DNA of 16,684 nucleotides from a virus (Duplodnaviria; Heunggongvirae; Uroviricota; Caudoviricetes): IMG/VR virus record IMGVR_UViG_2526164618_000010; one strand, 5' to 3'. Shown piece by piece: positions 9,170 to 16,393 of this stretch (position 1 is its first letter; each line of letters starts with the position of its first letter). The notes under the pieces were generated by a model. It saw only the letters and a program-made list of their open reading frames with translations, ran no database searches and was not told where the DNA came from. The position numbers and the translations under genes were made by a program.

Positions 9170-9190
9170 TGTAACGCTCGCAGCGTTACA
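9170..9190. repeat. 21-bp perfect palindrome TGTAACGCT-CGC-AGCGTTACA, copy 3 (immediately upstream of the O-like SD)
   Basis: Direct reading; lies between the YdaT-like stop (9235) and the O-like start (9157). Confidence 0.65.
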
Positions 9191-9234
9191 TTTAACTGAT
9201 ACCGAACAAAACAATCCGGCACGATTAATTTCAA

Positions 9235-9657
9235 TCAATGCACTACGACAGAATCGCCGGGCGACCCACCACCGCTGAAATGTGCTTTCCGGTAAACGGC
9301 CTGGACAGCATCATCATGCGCATCAATTGCCGTACTCAACGCTTCCTGCGCCGCCAGTAATGCACGGCGTTCCAGGGTATCGAAGATACAGAGTCGGTGA
9401 CGCAGCTCACGCGGAAGAATTGCCAGAACCGCAGGGATCAGTTTCTGAATTTTTTCCCTTTGCGCTTTCGTTTCACCTTTCAACCAACGGTGATAGATAT
9501 TCTGCTGATTGTTCCAGTCCTTGCCTGGTACCAGAGACAATTCGCCGCCCCCCTGCCGCAGATATTCTTCAGTAATTGCGTTAGCGACCCACGCCTGCCC
9601 TTTTTCGGCTGCCAGGGCTAACAGCACTGATTCGATGTGCTCATGCCTGATTTTCAT
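9235..9657 (-). CDS. YdaT-like protein (140 aa), second gene of the Cro-side operon
   Basis: MKIRHEHIESVLLALAAEKGQAWVANAITEEYLRQGGGELSLVPGKDWNNQQNIYHRWLKGETKAQREKI… Overlaps the DicC-like stop by 17 nt; SD GGAAGGTGA upstream. Family assignment is from memory of Rac YdaT. Confidence 0.6.
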   Translation of the reverse strand: MKIRHEHIESVLLALAAEKGQAWVANAITEEYLRQGGGELSLVPGKDWNNQQNIYHRWLKGETKAQREKIQKLIPAVLAILPRELRHRLCIFDTLERRALLAAQEALSTAIDAHDDAVQAVYRKAHFSGGGSPGDSVVVH

Positions 9658-9868
9658 GAATCACCTTCCCAGGTCGTTTTGCCTTACGATATTCGTCATA
9701 AACTTTGGGGTCGTACTGAAGTTCCCCGCCAGATGCCTCTTGCAGGCGCATCGCGCGACCTTCAGGAACCAGTTCCCCCCATGCAGCAATGCTTGCCAGC
9801 CTAACTCCTGCGGCATTGGCAAGCTTTGTTTTGCTGCCAAAAAACGCTATAGCATCAATTTTCAACAT
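9641..9868 (-). CDS. dicC: Cro-like regulator (DicC / YdaS-like), 75 aa
   Basis: MLKIDAIAFFGSKTKLANAAGVRLASIAAWGELVPEGRAMRLQEASGGELQYDPKVYDEYRK… Divergent from the repressor gene; SD AAGGAG 7 nt upstream. Confidence 0.8.
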   Translation of the reverse strand: MLKIDAIAFFGSKTKLANAAGVRLASIAAWGELVPEGRAMRLQEASGGELQYDPKVYDEYRKAKRPGKVIHENQA

Positions 9869-9944
9869 ATCGAGCTCCTTAGATTTTCCTAAGGAAACCA
9901 GGCCGTAGAGAAACCTAAGTCAAGAAAAATTAGAATTCCCTAAT
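9869..9944. promoter_or_regulatory. divergent promoter/operator region between the Cro-like and repressor genes
   Basis: 76-bp intergenic spacer containing inverted repeat CCTTAG-ATTTTC-CTAAGG (9877-9894) and a further CCTAAG half-site at 9914-9919. Confidence 0.55.
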
Positions 9945-10352
9945 ATGAAAAACGAAACCTTCGGTGCTCGCCTCTTACATAGGCGTAAAAAATTAAAACT
10001 GTCTCAGGCCGCATTAGGTAAGCTGGTCAAAGTGGCTCACGTAACAATTTCTCAATGGGAAAGAGATGAAACACAGCCGGCGGGGAAAAGATTATTCGCA
10101 CTGAGCCAAGCGCTTCAGTGCTCACCGACTTGGCTTCTTTTTGGGGATGAAGATAAACAACCAGGCGAACCGATCCCGGATAATCAGCCAGCCATTCTGA
10201 CAGAAGATCAAAAAGAGTTACTTCAACTGTTCGACGCACTGCCTGAGTCAGAGCAAAAGGCCCTGTTGTCAGAGATGCGTGCTCGAGTTGAAAATTTCAA
10301 CAAACTTTTTGAAGAACTACTCAAAGCTCGCAAAAGAAGCGCAAACAAATAA
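9945..10352 (+). CDS. dicA: DicA-like prophage repressor (XRE-type HTH, 135 aa)
   Basis: …LKLSQAALGKLVKVAHVTISQWERDETQPAGKRLFALSQALQCSPTWLLFGDEDKQP…ALPESEQKALLSEMRARVENFNKLFEELLKARKR… matches E. coli DicA in length and sequence from memory. Confidence 0.9.
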   Translation: MKNETFGARLLHRRKKLKLSQAALGKLVKVAHVTISQWERDETQPAGKRLFALSQALQCSPTWLLFGDEDKQPGEPIPDNQPAILTEDQKELLQLFDALPESEQKALLSEMRARVENFNKLFEELLKARKRSANK

Positions 10353-10554
10353 TCCCCTTTTTTCTCCACACCCTGTAATAAAAAGCACAAACTTTCAAAC
10401 ACTTGTGTTTTTTACATCAAAAAACTTAGGTTTTTCTACACAAAAATCTTGATCACCCTCATTAGGTTATTCTAAATTTTATTCATCAAGACACCGCACG
10501 GTGTTCTCAGCAAACAGTTCCGCTACCCCGGCGTTAAGGGGAAATGGGGTCAAC

Positions 10555-10710
10555 ATGAATACTATCGATCTTGGCAACAACGAATCTCCGGTGTACGGCG
10601 TGTTCCCCAACCAGGACGGCACATTCACCGCCATAACGTATACCAAAAGCAAAACGTTTAAAACCGAAGCTGGCGCACGTCGTTGGTTGGGAAGACATTC
10701 AGGTGAGTAA
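10555..10710 (+). CDS. small early-left operon protein (YdfA-like), 51 aa
   Basis: ATG at 10555: MNTIDLGNNESPVYGVFPNQDGTFTAITYTKSKTFKTEAGARRWLGRHSGE. Lies about 200 bp downstream of the dicA-like gene, as ydfA does in Qin. Confidence 0.55.
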   Translation: MNTIDLGNNESPVYGVFPNQDGTFTAITYTKSKTFKTEAGARRWLGRHSGE

Positions 10711-10915
10711 AATGAACGAGACAGAATTAAAACACGTTATCGCTCTACTCCTAGAAGATGCAAAACGCCTCCAGCAACTGGAGCCAAATGCAGGCACTGG
10801 GGCACGCATCTGGCTGGCTAAAGAAGCGCTGGAATCTGGCGATTATGATAGCGAAGAAGCCTTCTACAAAGCAGAAGGCCGTGCAGGATATTCACCGGGT
10901 CTTGGCGGGGTATAA
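10703..10915 (+). CDS. small hypothetical protein (YdfB/YdfC-like position), 70 aa
   Basis: ATG overlaps the preceding stop (GGTGAGTAAAATG). MSKMNETELKHVIALLLEDAKRLQQLEPNAGTGARIWLAKEALESGDYDSEEAFYKAEGR…. Confidence 0.5.
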   Translation: MSKMNETELKHVIALLLEDAKRLQQLEPNAGTGARIWLAKEALESGDYDSEEAFYKAEGRAGYSPGLGGV

Positions 10916-11145
10916 ATACCATGCGCATTGACTGAATTCGCAAACAAAAACAGACGCGCGATACCCGGATAGTCGGTCTGCATAGTCAGATATCTGGCTG
11001 CGAATTTGATAAATATCACCGCCCTTTTCGGAAACATAAGTTCCGTCCGGGAGTTGATTATACGAACCATCTCCATGGGGGATCGTTCTCCTGAATCCTA
11101 GTGAGAGCATATATTTATGAAGCCCTTCGTAATCCTCTGGCTCAG
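10892..11145 (-). pseudogene. 3' part of a roughly 97-codon minus-strand gene split by IS2
   Basis: Open frame …EPEDYEGLHKYMLSLGFRRTIPHGDGSYNQLPDGTYVSEKGGDIYQIRSQISDYADRLSGYRASVFVCEFSQCAWYLYPAKTR* runs up to the IS2 boundary. ORF-track entry 10892..11182 is a chimera starting inside IS2. Confidence 0.5.
11141..11145. repeat. IS2 target-site duplication CTCAG (left copy)
   Basis: Identical to 12477-12481, immediately flanking the IS2 termini. Confidence 0.9.
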
Positions 11146-11156
11146 TGGATTTGCCC

Positions 11157-12062
11157 CTATATTTCCAGACATCTGTTATCACTTAACCCATTACAAGCCC
11201 GCTGCCGCAGATATTCCCGTGGCGAGCGATAACCCAGCGCACTATGCGGATGCCATTCGTTATAATGCTCGAACGCCTCTGCAAGGTTCTTTGCTGCCGT
11301 TAACCCGTCTGGTTTGGGCATGATACTGATGTAGTCACGCTTTATCGTTTTCACGAAGCTCTCTGCTATTCCGTTACTCTCCGGACTCCGCACCGCCGTG
11401 TTCTTCGGTTCAAGTCCCAACATCCGGGCGAACTGGCGTGTTTCATTAGCCCGGTAGCATGAACCATTATCCGTCAGCCACTCCACTGGAGACGACGGAA
11501 GATCGTTGCCGAAGCGGCGTTCCACCGCTCCCAGCATGACGTCCTGTACTGTTTCACTGTTGAAGCCGCCGGTAGTCCCCGCCCAGTGCAGTGCCTCACG
11601 ATCACAGCAGTCCAGCGCGAACGTGACACGCAGTCTCTCTCCGTTATCACAGCAGAACTCGAACCCGTCAGAGCACCATCGCTGATTGCTTTCTTTCACG
11701 GCCACTCTGCCTGTATGTGCCCGTTTCGATGGCGGTACAGCAGGTTTTCGCTCAAGCAACAGCGCATTCTGGCGCATGAGCCGGTAAACACGTTTGGCAT
11801 TGATCGCAGGCATACCATCAAGTTCTGCCTGTCTGCGAAGCAGCGCCCATACCCGACGATAACCATACGTGGGCAGCTCTCCGATAACATGGTGTATACG
11901 GAGAAGCACATCCGTATCATCAGTGTGACGACTGCGGCGGCCATCCATCCAGTCATCGGTTCGTCTGAGAATGACGTGCAACTGCGCACGCGACACCCGG
12001 AGACAACGGCTGACTAAGCTTACTCCCCATCCCCGGGCAATAAGGGCGCGTGCGCTATCCAC
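11157..12062 (-). CDS. insD: IS2 transposase OrfB (InsD), 301 aa
   Basis: ORF track: [43 protein letters not shown]…[29 protein letters not shown]. Confidence 0.95.
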   Translation of the reverse strand: MDSARALIARGWGVSLVSRCLRVSRAQLHVILRRTDDWMDGRRSRHTDDTDVLLRIHHVIGELPTYGYRRVWALLRRQAELDGMPAINAKRVYRLMRQNALLLERKPAVPPSKRAHTGRVAVKESNQRWCSDGFEFCCDNGERLRVTFALDCCDREALHWAGTTGGFNSETVQDVMLGAVERRFGNDLPSSPVEWLTDNGSCYRANETRQFARMLGLEPKNTAVRSPESNGIAESFVKTIKRDYISIMPKPDGLTAAKNLAEAFEHYNEWHPHSALGYRSPREYLRQRACNGLSDNRCLEI

Positions 12063-12385
12063 TTTTTTGCCCGTCCATATTCAACGGCTTCTTTGAGGAG
12101 TTCATTTTTCATCGTTTTCTTGCCGAGCAGGCGCTGGAGTTCTTTAATCTGCTTCATGGCGGCAGCAAGTTCAGAGGCAGGAACAACCTGTTCTCCGGCG
12201 GCCACAGCAGTAAGACTTCCTTCCTGGTATTGCTTACGCCAGAGAAATAACTGGCTGGCTGCTACACCATGTTGCCGGGCAACGAGGGAGACCGTCATCC
12301 CCGGTTCAAAGCTCTGCTGAACAATTGCGATCTTTTCCTGTGTGGTACGCCGTCTGCGTTTCTCCGGCCCTAAGACATCAATCAT
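12020..12385 (-). CDS. insC: IS2 OrfA (InsC), 121 aa
   Basis: Internal ATG at 12383-12385 gives [56 protein letters not shown]…; the longer track ORF starts beyond it at 12430. Confidence 0.9.
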   Translation of the reverse strand: MIDVLGPEKRRRRTTQEKIAIVQQSFEPGMTVSLVARQHGVAASQLFLWRKQYQEGSLTAVAAGEQVVPASELAAAMKQIKELQRLLGKKTMKNELLKEAVEYGRAKKWIAHAPLLPGDGE

Positions 12386-12476
12386 CTGTTCTCCAATGAC
12401 TAGTCTAAAAACTAGTATTAAGACTATCACTTAAATAAGTGATACTGGTTGTCTGGAGATTCAGGGGGCCAGTCTA

Positions 12477-12481
12477 CTCAG
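12477..12481. repeat. IS2 target-site duplication CTCAG (right copy)
   Basis: Identical to 11141-11145. Confidence 0.9.
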
Positions 12482-12518
12482 CATTATATAGTTCTACTCT
12501 GGCGAGATACGTTGGCAT
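12477..12518 (-). pseudogene. 5' part (start codon and first codons) of the IS2-split minus-strand gene
   Basis: ATG at 12516-12518 preceded by AAGGAA at 7 nt. After removing IS2 and one CTCAG copy the frame continues into 10892-11145 (MPTYLARVELYNA-EPEDYEGL…). Confidence 0.45.
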
Positions 12519-12696
12519 ATTCATTTCCTTACTGGTTGTGTGAGAACTTCAGTAAAGATACCACCAAAGCCCGGAAGTGGTGAAATAAAACCGGGCACAA
12601 CACGAAGGCGCATTTCCGGTATCCATAAAGAGTCGGTCTTGTCTGTGAAATTTAAATGGTGGGAGTGCGCTTCCGGTTGTAAATAACGACATTGCT

Positions 12697-12753
12697 GTGT
12701 GAAGTACCAGTTGGCGGCATCGGTTTAATTGCTGGCTGATGTCCGCCCTTTTT
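12697..12753 (+). ncRNA. dicF: DicF-like small RNA (prophage cell-division inhibitor sRNA homolog)
   Basis: …UACCAGUUGGCGGCAUCGGUUUAAUUGCUGGCUGAUGUCCGCCCUUUUU resembles E. coli DicF from memory (UUGGCGG.AUC.GUUU core; 3' hairpin GGCGG…CCGCC plus U-run). The downstream CCGCCCTTTTTAAAGTGAATTTTGTGATG also matches remembered dicF-dicB spacer. The 5' end is approximate. Confidence 0.5.
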
Positions 12754-12932
12754 AAAGTGAATTTTGTGATGCGGTGAATGCGGCTATGCGCACGCGGCAC
12801 AGTTAAAAGTCATGTTAGTCCTTATTGGTTTGGGTGGGAAAGCCAACTGTAATTGTTAACTGGTTAACGTCACCTGGAGGCACCAGGCACCGCATCAACA
12901 AAGTTCACTTCGGTGATGAAAGGAAAGAGAAA

Positions 12933-13781
12933 ATGTTGAATGTAGCTATTGAAAACCAGAACGGGTGGAATTATAGTGCACCTGCACCTCATAAAACGGG
13001 TGCCGGGATTGCTACCCCGACGATGACTACTGCGCATAACCGCGCTCAGGCGGTTTTTTTATGCGTCAAGCACAGCCACATTCAGATTATGGTGGGGCGT
13101 GCAGGGCAGCCGCAAGGCTGGCCGGTTTCGGTAGTCACCGGTTGTAGCAACCCTGTGCGTCTCACCACCCATGAGATTGCTACCTCTGGTGGTGAGTCAT
13201 TTAAACTGACTATCGAGGCTGCCATCATGGCTACTATCCTTACCCTTTCTCACCCTGACGCAACCATCGAAAATGGTCGCGCTGTCACTACGTCTGTTGC
13301 GGTTGCGGAGTTCTTCCGGAAAATGCACAAAAACGTTATTCAGAAGATCGAAACTCTCGAATGCTCGCCGGAGTTTAACCGGCTTAATTTTAAGCCCGTC
13401 ACCTATACCGACGCCAAAGGCGAAAAACGCCCAATGTACCAAATCACCAAAAACGGCTTCGTTTTCCTGGTGATGGGCTTCACTGGCAAAAAAGCCGCCG
13501 CATTCAAGGAAGCCTACATTGCTGAGTTCGACCGCATGGAGGCCGAACTGCGCCAGAATAACACCCCACCTGCAGACAAGATGATTCCGGGTGATGGTCG
13601 CACTCTGGTTGTTCACTTCGACAAATTCGGCAATGTCGAATTCACCGAAACCGTTCCTGATGGCGCACTGGTCTGTACCCTGGAGACTTTCCGGTTTTAT
13701 CTGGAAAAACAGGGATGGACTCTTGTTAACCGGGGCGCAATTAAAAATATGACTGTGGAACAATTACTTTCTTTAAAATAA
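12933..13781 (+). CDS. Rha-family phage regulatory protein with an uncharacterised N-terminal extension of about 100 aa
   Basis: C-terminal half …RAVTTSVAVAEFFRKMHKNVIQKIETLECSPEFNRLNF…RPMYQITKNGFVFLVMGFTGKKAAAFKEAYIAEFDRMEAEL is a classic Rha domain. Frame is open from 12825; ATG at 12933 follows GAAAGGAAAGAG. An alternative start at 13227 (MATILTL…, GAGG upstream) would give a 184-aa Rha-only protein. Confidence 0.6.
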   Translation: MLNVAIENQNGWNYSAPAPHKTGAGIATPTMTTAHNRAQAVFLCVKHSHIQIMVGRAGQPQGWPVSVVTGCSNPVRLTTHEIATSGGESFKLTIEAAIMATILTLSHPDATIENGRAVTTSVAVAEFFRKMHKNVIQKIETLECSPEFNRLNFKPVTYTDAKGEKRPMYQITKNGFVFLVMGFTGKKAAAFKEAYIAEFDRMEAELRQNNTPPADKMIPGDGRTLVVHFDKFGNVEFTETVPDGALVCTLETFRFYLEKQGWTLVNRGAIKNMTVEQLLSLK

Positions 13782-13797
13782 AAATGGAGCTACGGAT

Positions 13798-13902
13798 ATG
13801 AACCCTATGCTTGATTATTGTTTTACCTCTGCACCTCAGCAGACCATAACACACACCGGAATCAAAAATTTGTTATGGATAATCAAAAAAAACCTCCAGT
13901 AG
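13798..13902 (+). CDS. small ORF (34 aa), unknown
   Basis: ATG at 13798 preceded by GGAG: MNPMLDYCFTSAPQQTITHTGIKNLLWIIKKNLQ*. No family recognised. Confidence 0.25.
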   Translation: MNPMLDYCFTSAPQQTITHTGIKNLLWIIKKNLQ

Positions 13903-14153
13903 AAAGGTGATCCCGATTTAATTCCCTGTGCTTATGGCCTGTGTGACAGACAAGTAAGCCCTGATAAGGCTTACACTGCTGAACTTATTTACATGCACGG
14001 AACCATGATGAGGAAAAAGAAACGCAAATATTGTAGTGAAATCTGCGCCGAAAAAGACCAGATGGCACACGAACTTTAATTAACTGACTATTCGAAACTG
14101 AATTTATGCCAGCAATGGCAGGGATTCGCTCAACCTTAATTAAGGAGAAAAAC

Positions 14154-14230
14154 ATGAACACCAATTATGAAGCCACTGTTGCAACTACTGATAACATTGT
14201 TCACGAGGTTTACCTGGAAGGAAAGCATAT
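14154..14230 (+). pseudogene. 5' part (26 codons) of an 82-codon gene X split by IS600
   Basis: Strong SD TAAGGAG 7 nt upstream; MNTNYEATVATTDNIVHEVYLEGKH(I) runs into the IS600 terminus at 14231. The remainder is at 16222-16393 on the other strand. Confidence 0.5.
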
Positions 14231-14294
14231 TGAGGTAGCCTGAGTTTAACGGACACTCCTTCCTGAAATAGAATGGCATCAGAAGGAGCTAATA

Positions 14295-14597
14295 ATGAGC
14301 AGAAAAACCCAACGTTACTCTAAAGAGTTCAAAGCCGAAGCTGTCAGAACGGTTCTTGAAAATCAACTTTCGATCAGTGAAGGCGCTTCCCGATTATCCC
14401 TTCCTGAAGGCACTTTAGGACAATGGGTTACCGCCGCCAGAAAAGGGCTCGGTACTCCTGGTTCCCGCACGGTGGCTGAACTGGAATCTGAAATTCTGCA
14501 ACTGCGTAAGGCGTTAAATGAAGCTCGCCTTGAGCGCGATATATTAAAAAAAGCAACAGCGTATTTTGCACAGGAGTCGCTGAAAAATACGCGTTAA
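14295..14597 (+). CDS. IS600 orfA (100 aa)
   Basis: MSRKTQRYSKEFKAEAVRTVLENQLSISEGASRLSLPEGTLGQWV…; HTH plus leucine-zipper region typical of IS3-family OrfA. Confidence 0.9.
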   Translation: MSRKTQRYSKEFKAEAVRTVLENQLSISEGASRLSLPEGTLGQWVTAARKGLGTPGSRTVAELESEILQLRKALNEARLERDILKKATAYFAQESLKNTR

Positions 14598-14632
14598 TCG
14601 AACAATGGCGACAACAATTTCCCATTGAAGCG

Positions 14633-15424
14633 ATGTGTCAGGTATTTGGTGTATCCAGGAGCGGTTATTACAACTGGGTACAGCATGAACCCTCAGACAG
14701 AAACCAAAGTGATGAGCGGCTAAAGCTGGAGATTAAGGTGGCACATATCCGCACTCGCGAAACATATGGAACCCGGCGGCTCCAGACGGAGCTGGCAGAG
14801 AATGGCATCATCGTTGGTCGTGACCGACTGGCACGTCTTCGTAAGGAGCTGAGGCTACGCTGTAAGCAGAAACGCAAGTTCAGAGCGACTACGAACCCGA
14901 ACCACAATCTGCCAGTTGCGCCAAATCTGCTGAACCAGACGTTCGCTCCTACAGCACCAAATCAGGTCTGGGTGGCGGACCTGACGTATGTTGCTGGCAT
15001 CAAAGATGTTTATACGTGCGAAATTGTCGGCTACGCCATGGGAGAGCGCATGACAAAAGAGCTGACAGGTAAAGCCCTGTTTATGGCGCTCAGGAGCCAG
15101 CGCCCACCTGCCGGGCTAATCCACCACTCTGATCGAGGTTCACAGTACTGCGCATACGATTACCGGGTCATACAGGAGCAGTCTGGTCTGAAAACATCAA
15201 TGTCGCGTAAAGGTAACTGTTACGACAACGCTCCGATGGAAAGCTTCTGGGGAACGCTGAAAAATGAGAGCCTGAGCCACTATCGTTTTAATAACCGGGA
15301 TGAAGCCATCTCAGTAATACGGGAATACATTGAGATTTTCTACAATCGTCAGCGTCGTCACTCTCGTCTGGGGAATATCTCCCCGGCAGCCTTCAGGGAA
15401 AAATATCATCAGATAGCTGCTTAA
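14633..15424 (+). CDS. IS600 orfB (DDE transposase domain); true N-terminus supplied by -1 frameshift from orfA
   Basis: ORF track 263 aa with …VWVADLTYV…HHSDRGSQY…MESFWGTLKNE… The frame is open upstream to the orfA overlap. Confidence 0.85.
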   Translation: MCQVFGVSRSGYYNWVQHEPSDRNQSDERLKLEIKVAHIRTRETYGTRRLQTELAENGIIVGRDRLARLRKELRLRCKQKRKFRATTNPNHNLPVAPNLLNQTFAPTAPNQVWVADLTYVAGIKDVYTCEIVGYAMGERMTKELTGKALFMALRSQRPPAGLIHHSDRGSQYCAYDYRVIQEQSGLKTSMSRKGNCYDNAPMESFWGTLKNESLSHYRFNNRDEAISVIREYIEIFYNRQRRHSRLGNISPAAFREKYHQIAA

Positions 15425-15467
15425 AAAAAGAACAAATGGTAGTGTCCGCTATTGCCAGTACACCTCA

Positions 15468-16093
15468 GCCTTAATTGCATCAGTCAGGCGGAGCAGGGCG
15501 GCATTATCCAGAGTTGTCGGTTCTGCCATGCCGCGTATGGCCAACAGCAGATTCTGGACATAGCTGTTTTCCTGATCCATCTCAAGAGCAGTAATGTGTT
15601 TGCGTTGTTCACGGGTGGCATGATGCAGGTATTTCAGATCCCCGGCAGCATACGTAAAAATGTGCAGAAGACGCTGTGTGAACCGCAAAGTGGCTACAGA
15701 GACTTCGCAATCCTGGCAATCCTCGTGGGCGTCTGCCTGCGCGTTTTCTTCCTGGCCTCCCGCCAGTTCTTTGGTTTCTTGAGCATTATCCTGGTGGTGA
15801 ACGTCGTCTGGCGCTGCTCCCGGTTTTAGTTCCCATGTCATGGAGTCTTTGCTGAGTTGATAGCGTTCACTCCAGGTAAAATCGATCTCACCTTCAGGGG
15901 GAAGGTCATTAACGACAGGAAAATTTGTGGCAACAGCTTTAAAATAGTTGCTCAGTTTTTTACCTGACTTAACGAGCAGATAGTCCAGAGTGGTGCTGGT
16001 CGATTCAAAATCGTCGCTTGCCCACAGGACGACGTCAGGTTCACCGGATGATTTTTTCGCTTTCCGTAACAGGAAGAGTGGTTTTGTGCTCAT
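15468..16093 (-). pseudogene. recE: recE (exonuclease VIII) N-terminal fragment, about 209 native codons, 3'-truncated by IS600
   Basis: [96 protein letters not shown]… matches the Rac RecE N-terminus from memory. The last five codons and the stop of track ORF 15449..16093 lie inside the IS600 terminus. Confidence 0.65.
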
Positions 16094-16163
16094 TGTTTTT
16101 TAACCTCAACTCAGATTAAAATTACTGCGAGTGATGAATAAATGTCCCAGGTTCTTCACTCAG

Positions 16164-16194
16164 GCCTGCACACTGTGCAGGCTTTCTTTTTTTC
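16164..16194 (+). terminator. intrinsic terminator on the plus strand (antisense to recE and gene X)
   Basis: Stem GCCTGCAC (16164-16171) / GTGCAGGC (16175-16182) with 3-nt loop, followed by TTTCTTTTTTT. Confidence 0.5.
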
Positions 16195-16221
16195 AGATTT
16201 CACCTTTTAATTTCATTGCAA

Positions 16222-16393
16222 TCAGATTTGCCAGAAATTCGGCTTTTTTTCTGCGGGCAGATTATTTCCGATGTAAACTAGGCACATTTTTGTGGCACCT
16301 TCAACAAGAGTTTTAAAGTTTCCTGATAGACCGTCGATATCAACTACAGTGAATGGGGTTTCTTTATTTTCTGTTTTAATTACGTAGCCAATA
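16222..16393 (-). pseudogene. 3' part (56 codons) of gene X, displaced and inverted relative to its 5' part at 14154-14230
   Basis: IGYVIKTENKETPFTVVDIDGLSGNFKTLVEGATKMCLVYIGNNLPAEKKPNFWQI*. The first 11 residues of track ORF 16222..16425 ([11 protein letters not shown]) are encoded by the IS600 terminus. Confidence 0.5.

Larger units (their letters stand above)
11146..12476 (-). mobile_element. complete IS2 (1331 bp) with 5-bp direct target duplication
   Basis: Termini TGGATTTGCCCC (11146-) and …GGGGGCCAGTCTA (-12476) match the remembered IS2 ends. Contains insC and insD; flanked by CTCAG on both sides. Confidence 0.95.
14231..15467 (+). mobile_element. IS600 (IS3 family), apparently intact copy
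   Basis: Imperfect terminal IRs TGAGGTAGCCTGAGTTTAACGGACACT (14231-) and AGTGTCCGCTATTGCCAGTACACCTCA (-15467). orfA and orfB frames are both open across the A AAA AAT-type slippery region near 14565-14600. Confidence 0.85.

Noticed and set aside
9282-9892. Plus-strand ORFs 9282..9575, 9397..9621, 9509..9892
   Set aside because: Antisense to the YdaT-like and Cro-like genes; the homology-supported genes are on the minus strand.
10027-10239. 70-aa minus-strand ORF
   Set aside because: Antisense inside the well-supported DicA-like repressor gene.
10864-11182. ORFs 10864..11076 (-) and 10892..11182 (-) taken as intact genes
   Set aside because: 10892..11182 starts inside IS2 (chimera); the native part is annotated as a split pseudogene. 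10864..11076 is an alternative frame of the same region.
11117-12320. Plus-strand ORFs 11117..11323, 11586..12017, 12050..12250, 12093..12320 and minus-strand 11696..11989
   Set aside because: All inside IS2, antisense or alternative frames of insC/insD.
12549-12800. 83-aa minus-strand ORF
   Set aside because: Overlaps the DicF-like sRNA on the opposite strand; no RBS or family resemblance.
13197-13763. 188-aa minus-strand ORF
   Set aside because: Antisense to the Rha-domain gene, whose plus-strand frame carries the recognisable domain.
14228-15470. Direct 3-bp target duplication flanking IS600 copy 1
   Set aside because: Flanks are TAT and GCC, so there is no direct duplication. The matching TAT is found inverted at 16391-16393 instead, which is what led to the inversion interpretation.
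14428-15829. ORFs 14428..14625 (-), 14668..14907 (-), 15452..15829 (+)
   Set aside because: Antisense within IS600 or within the recE fragment.
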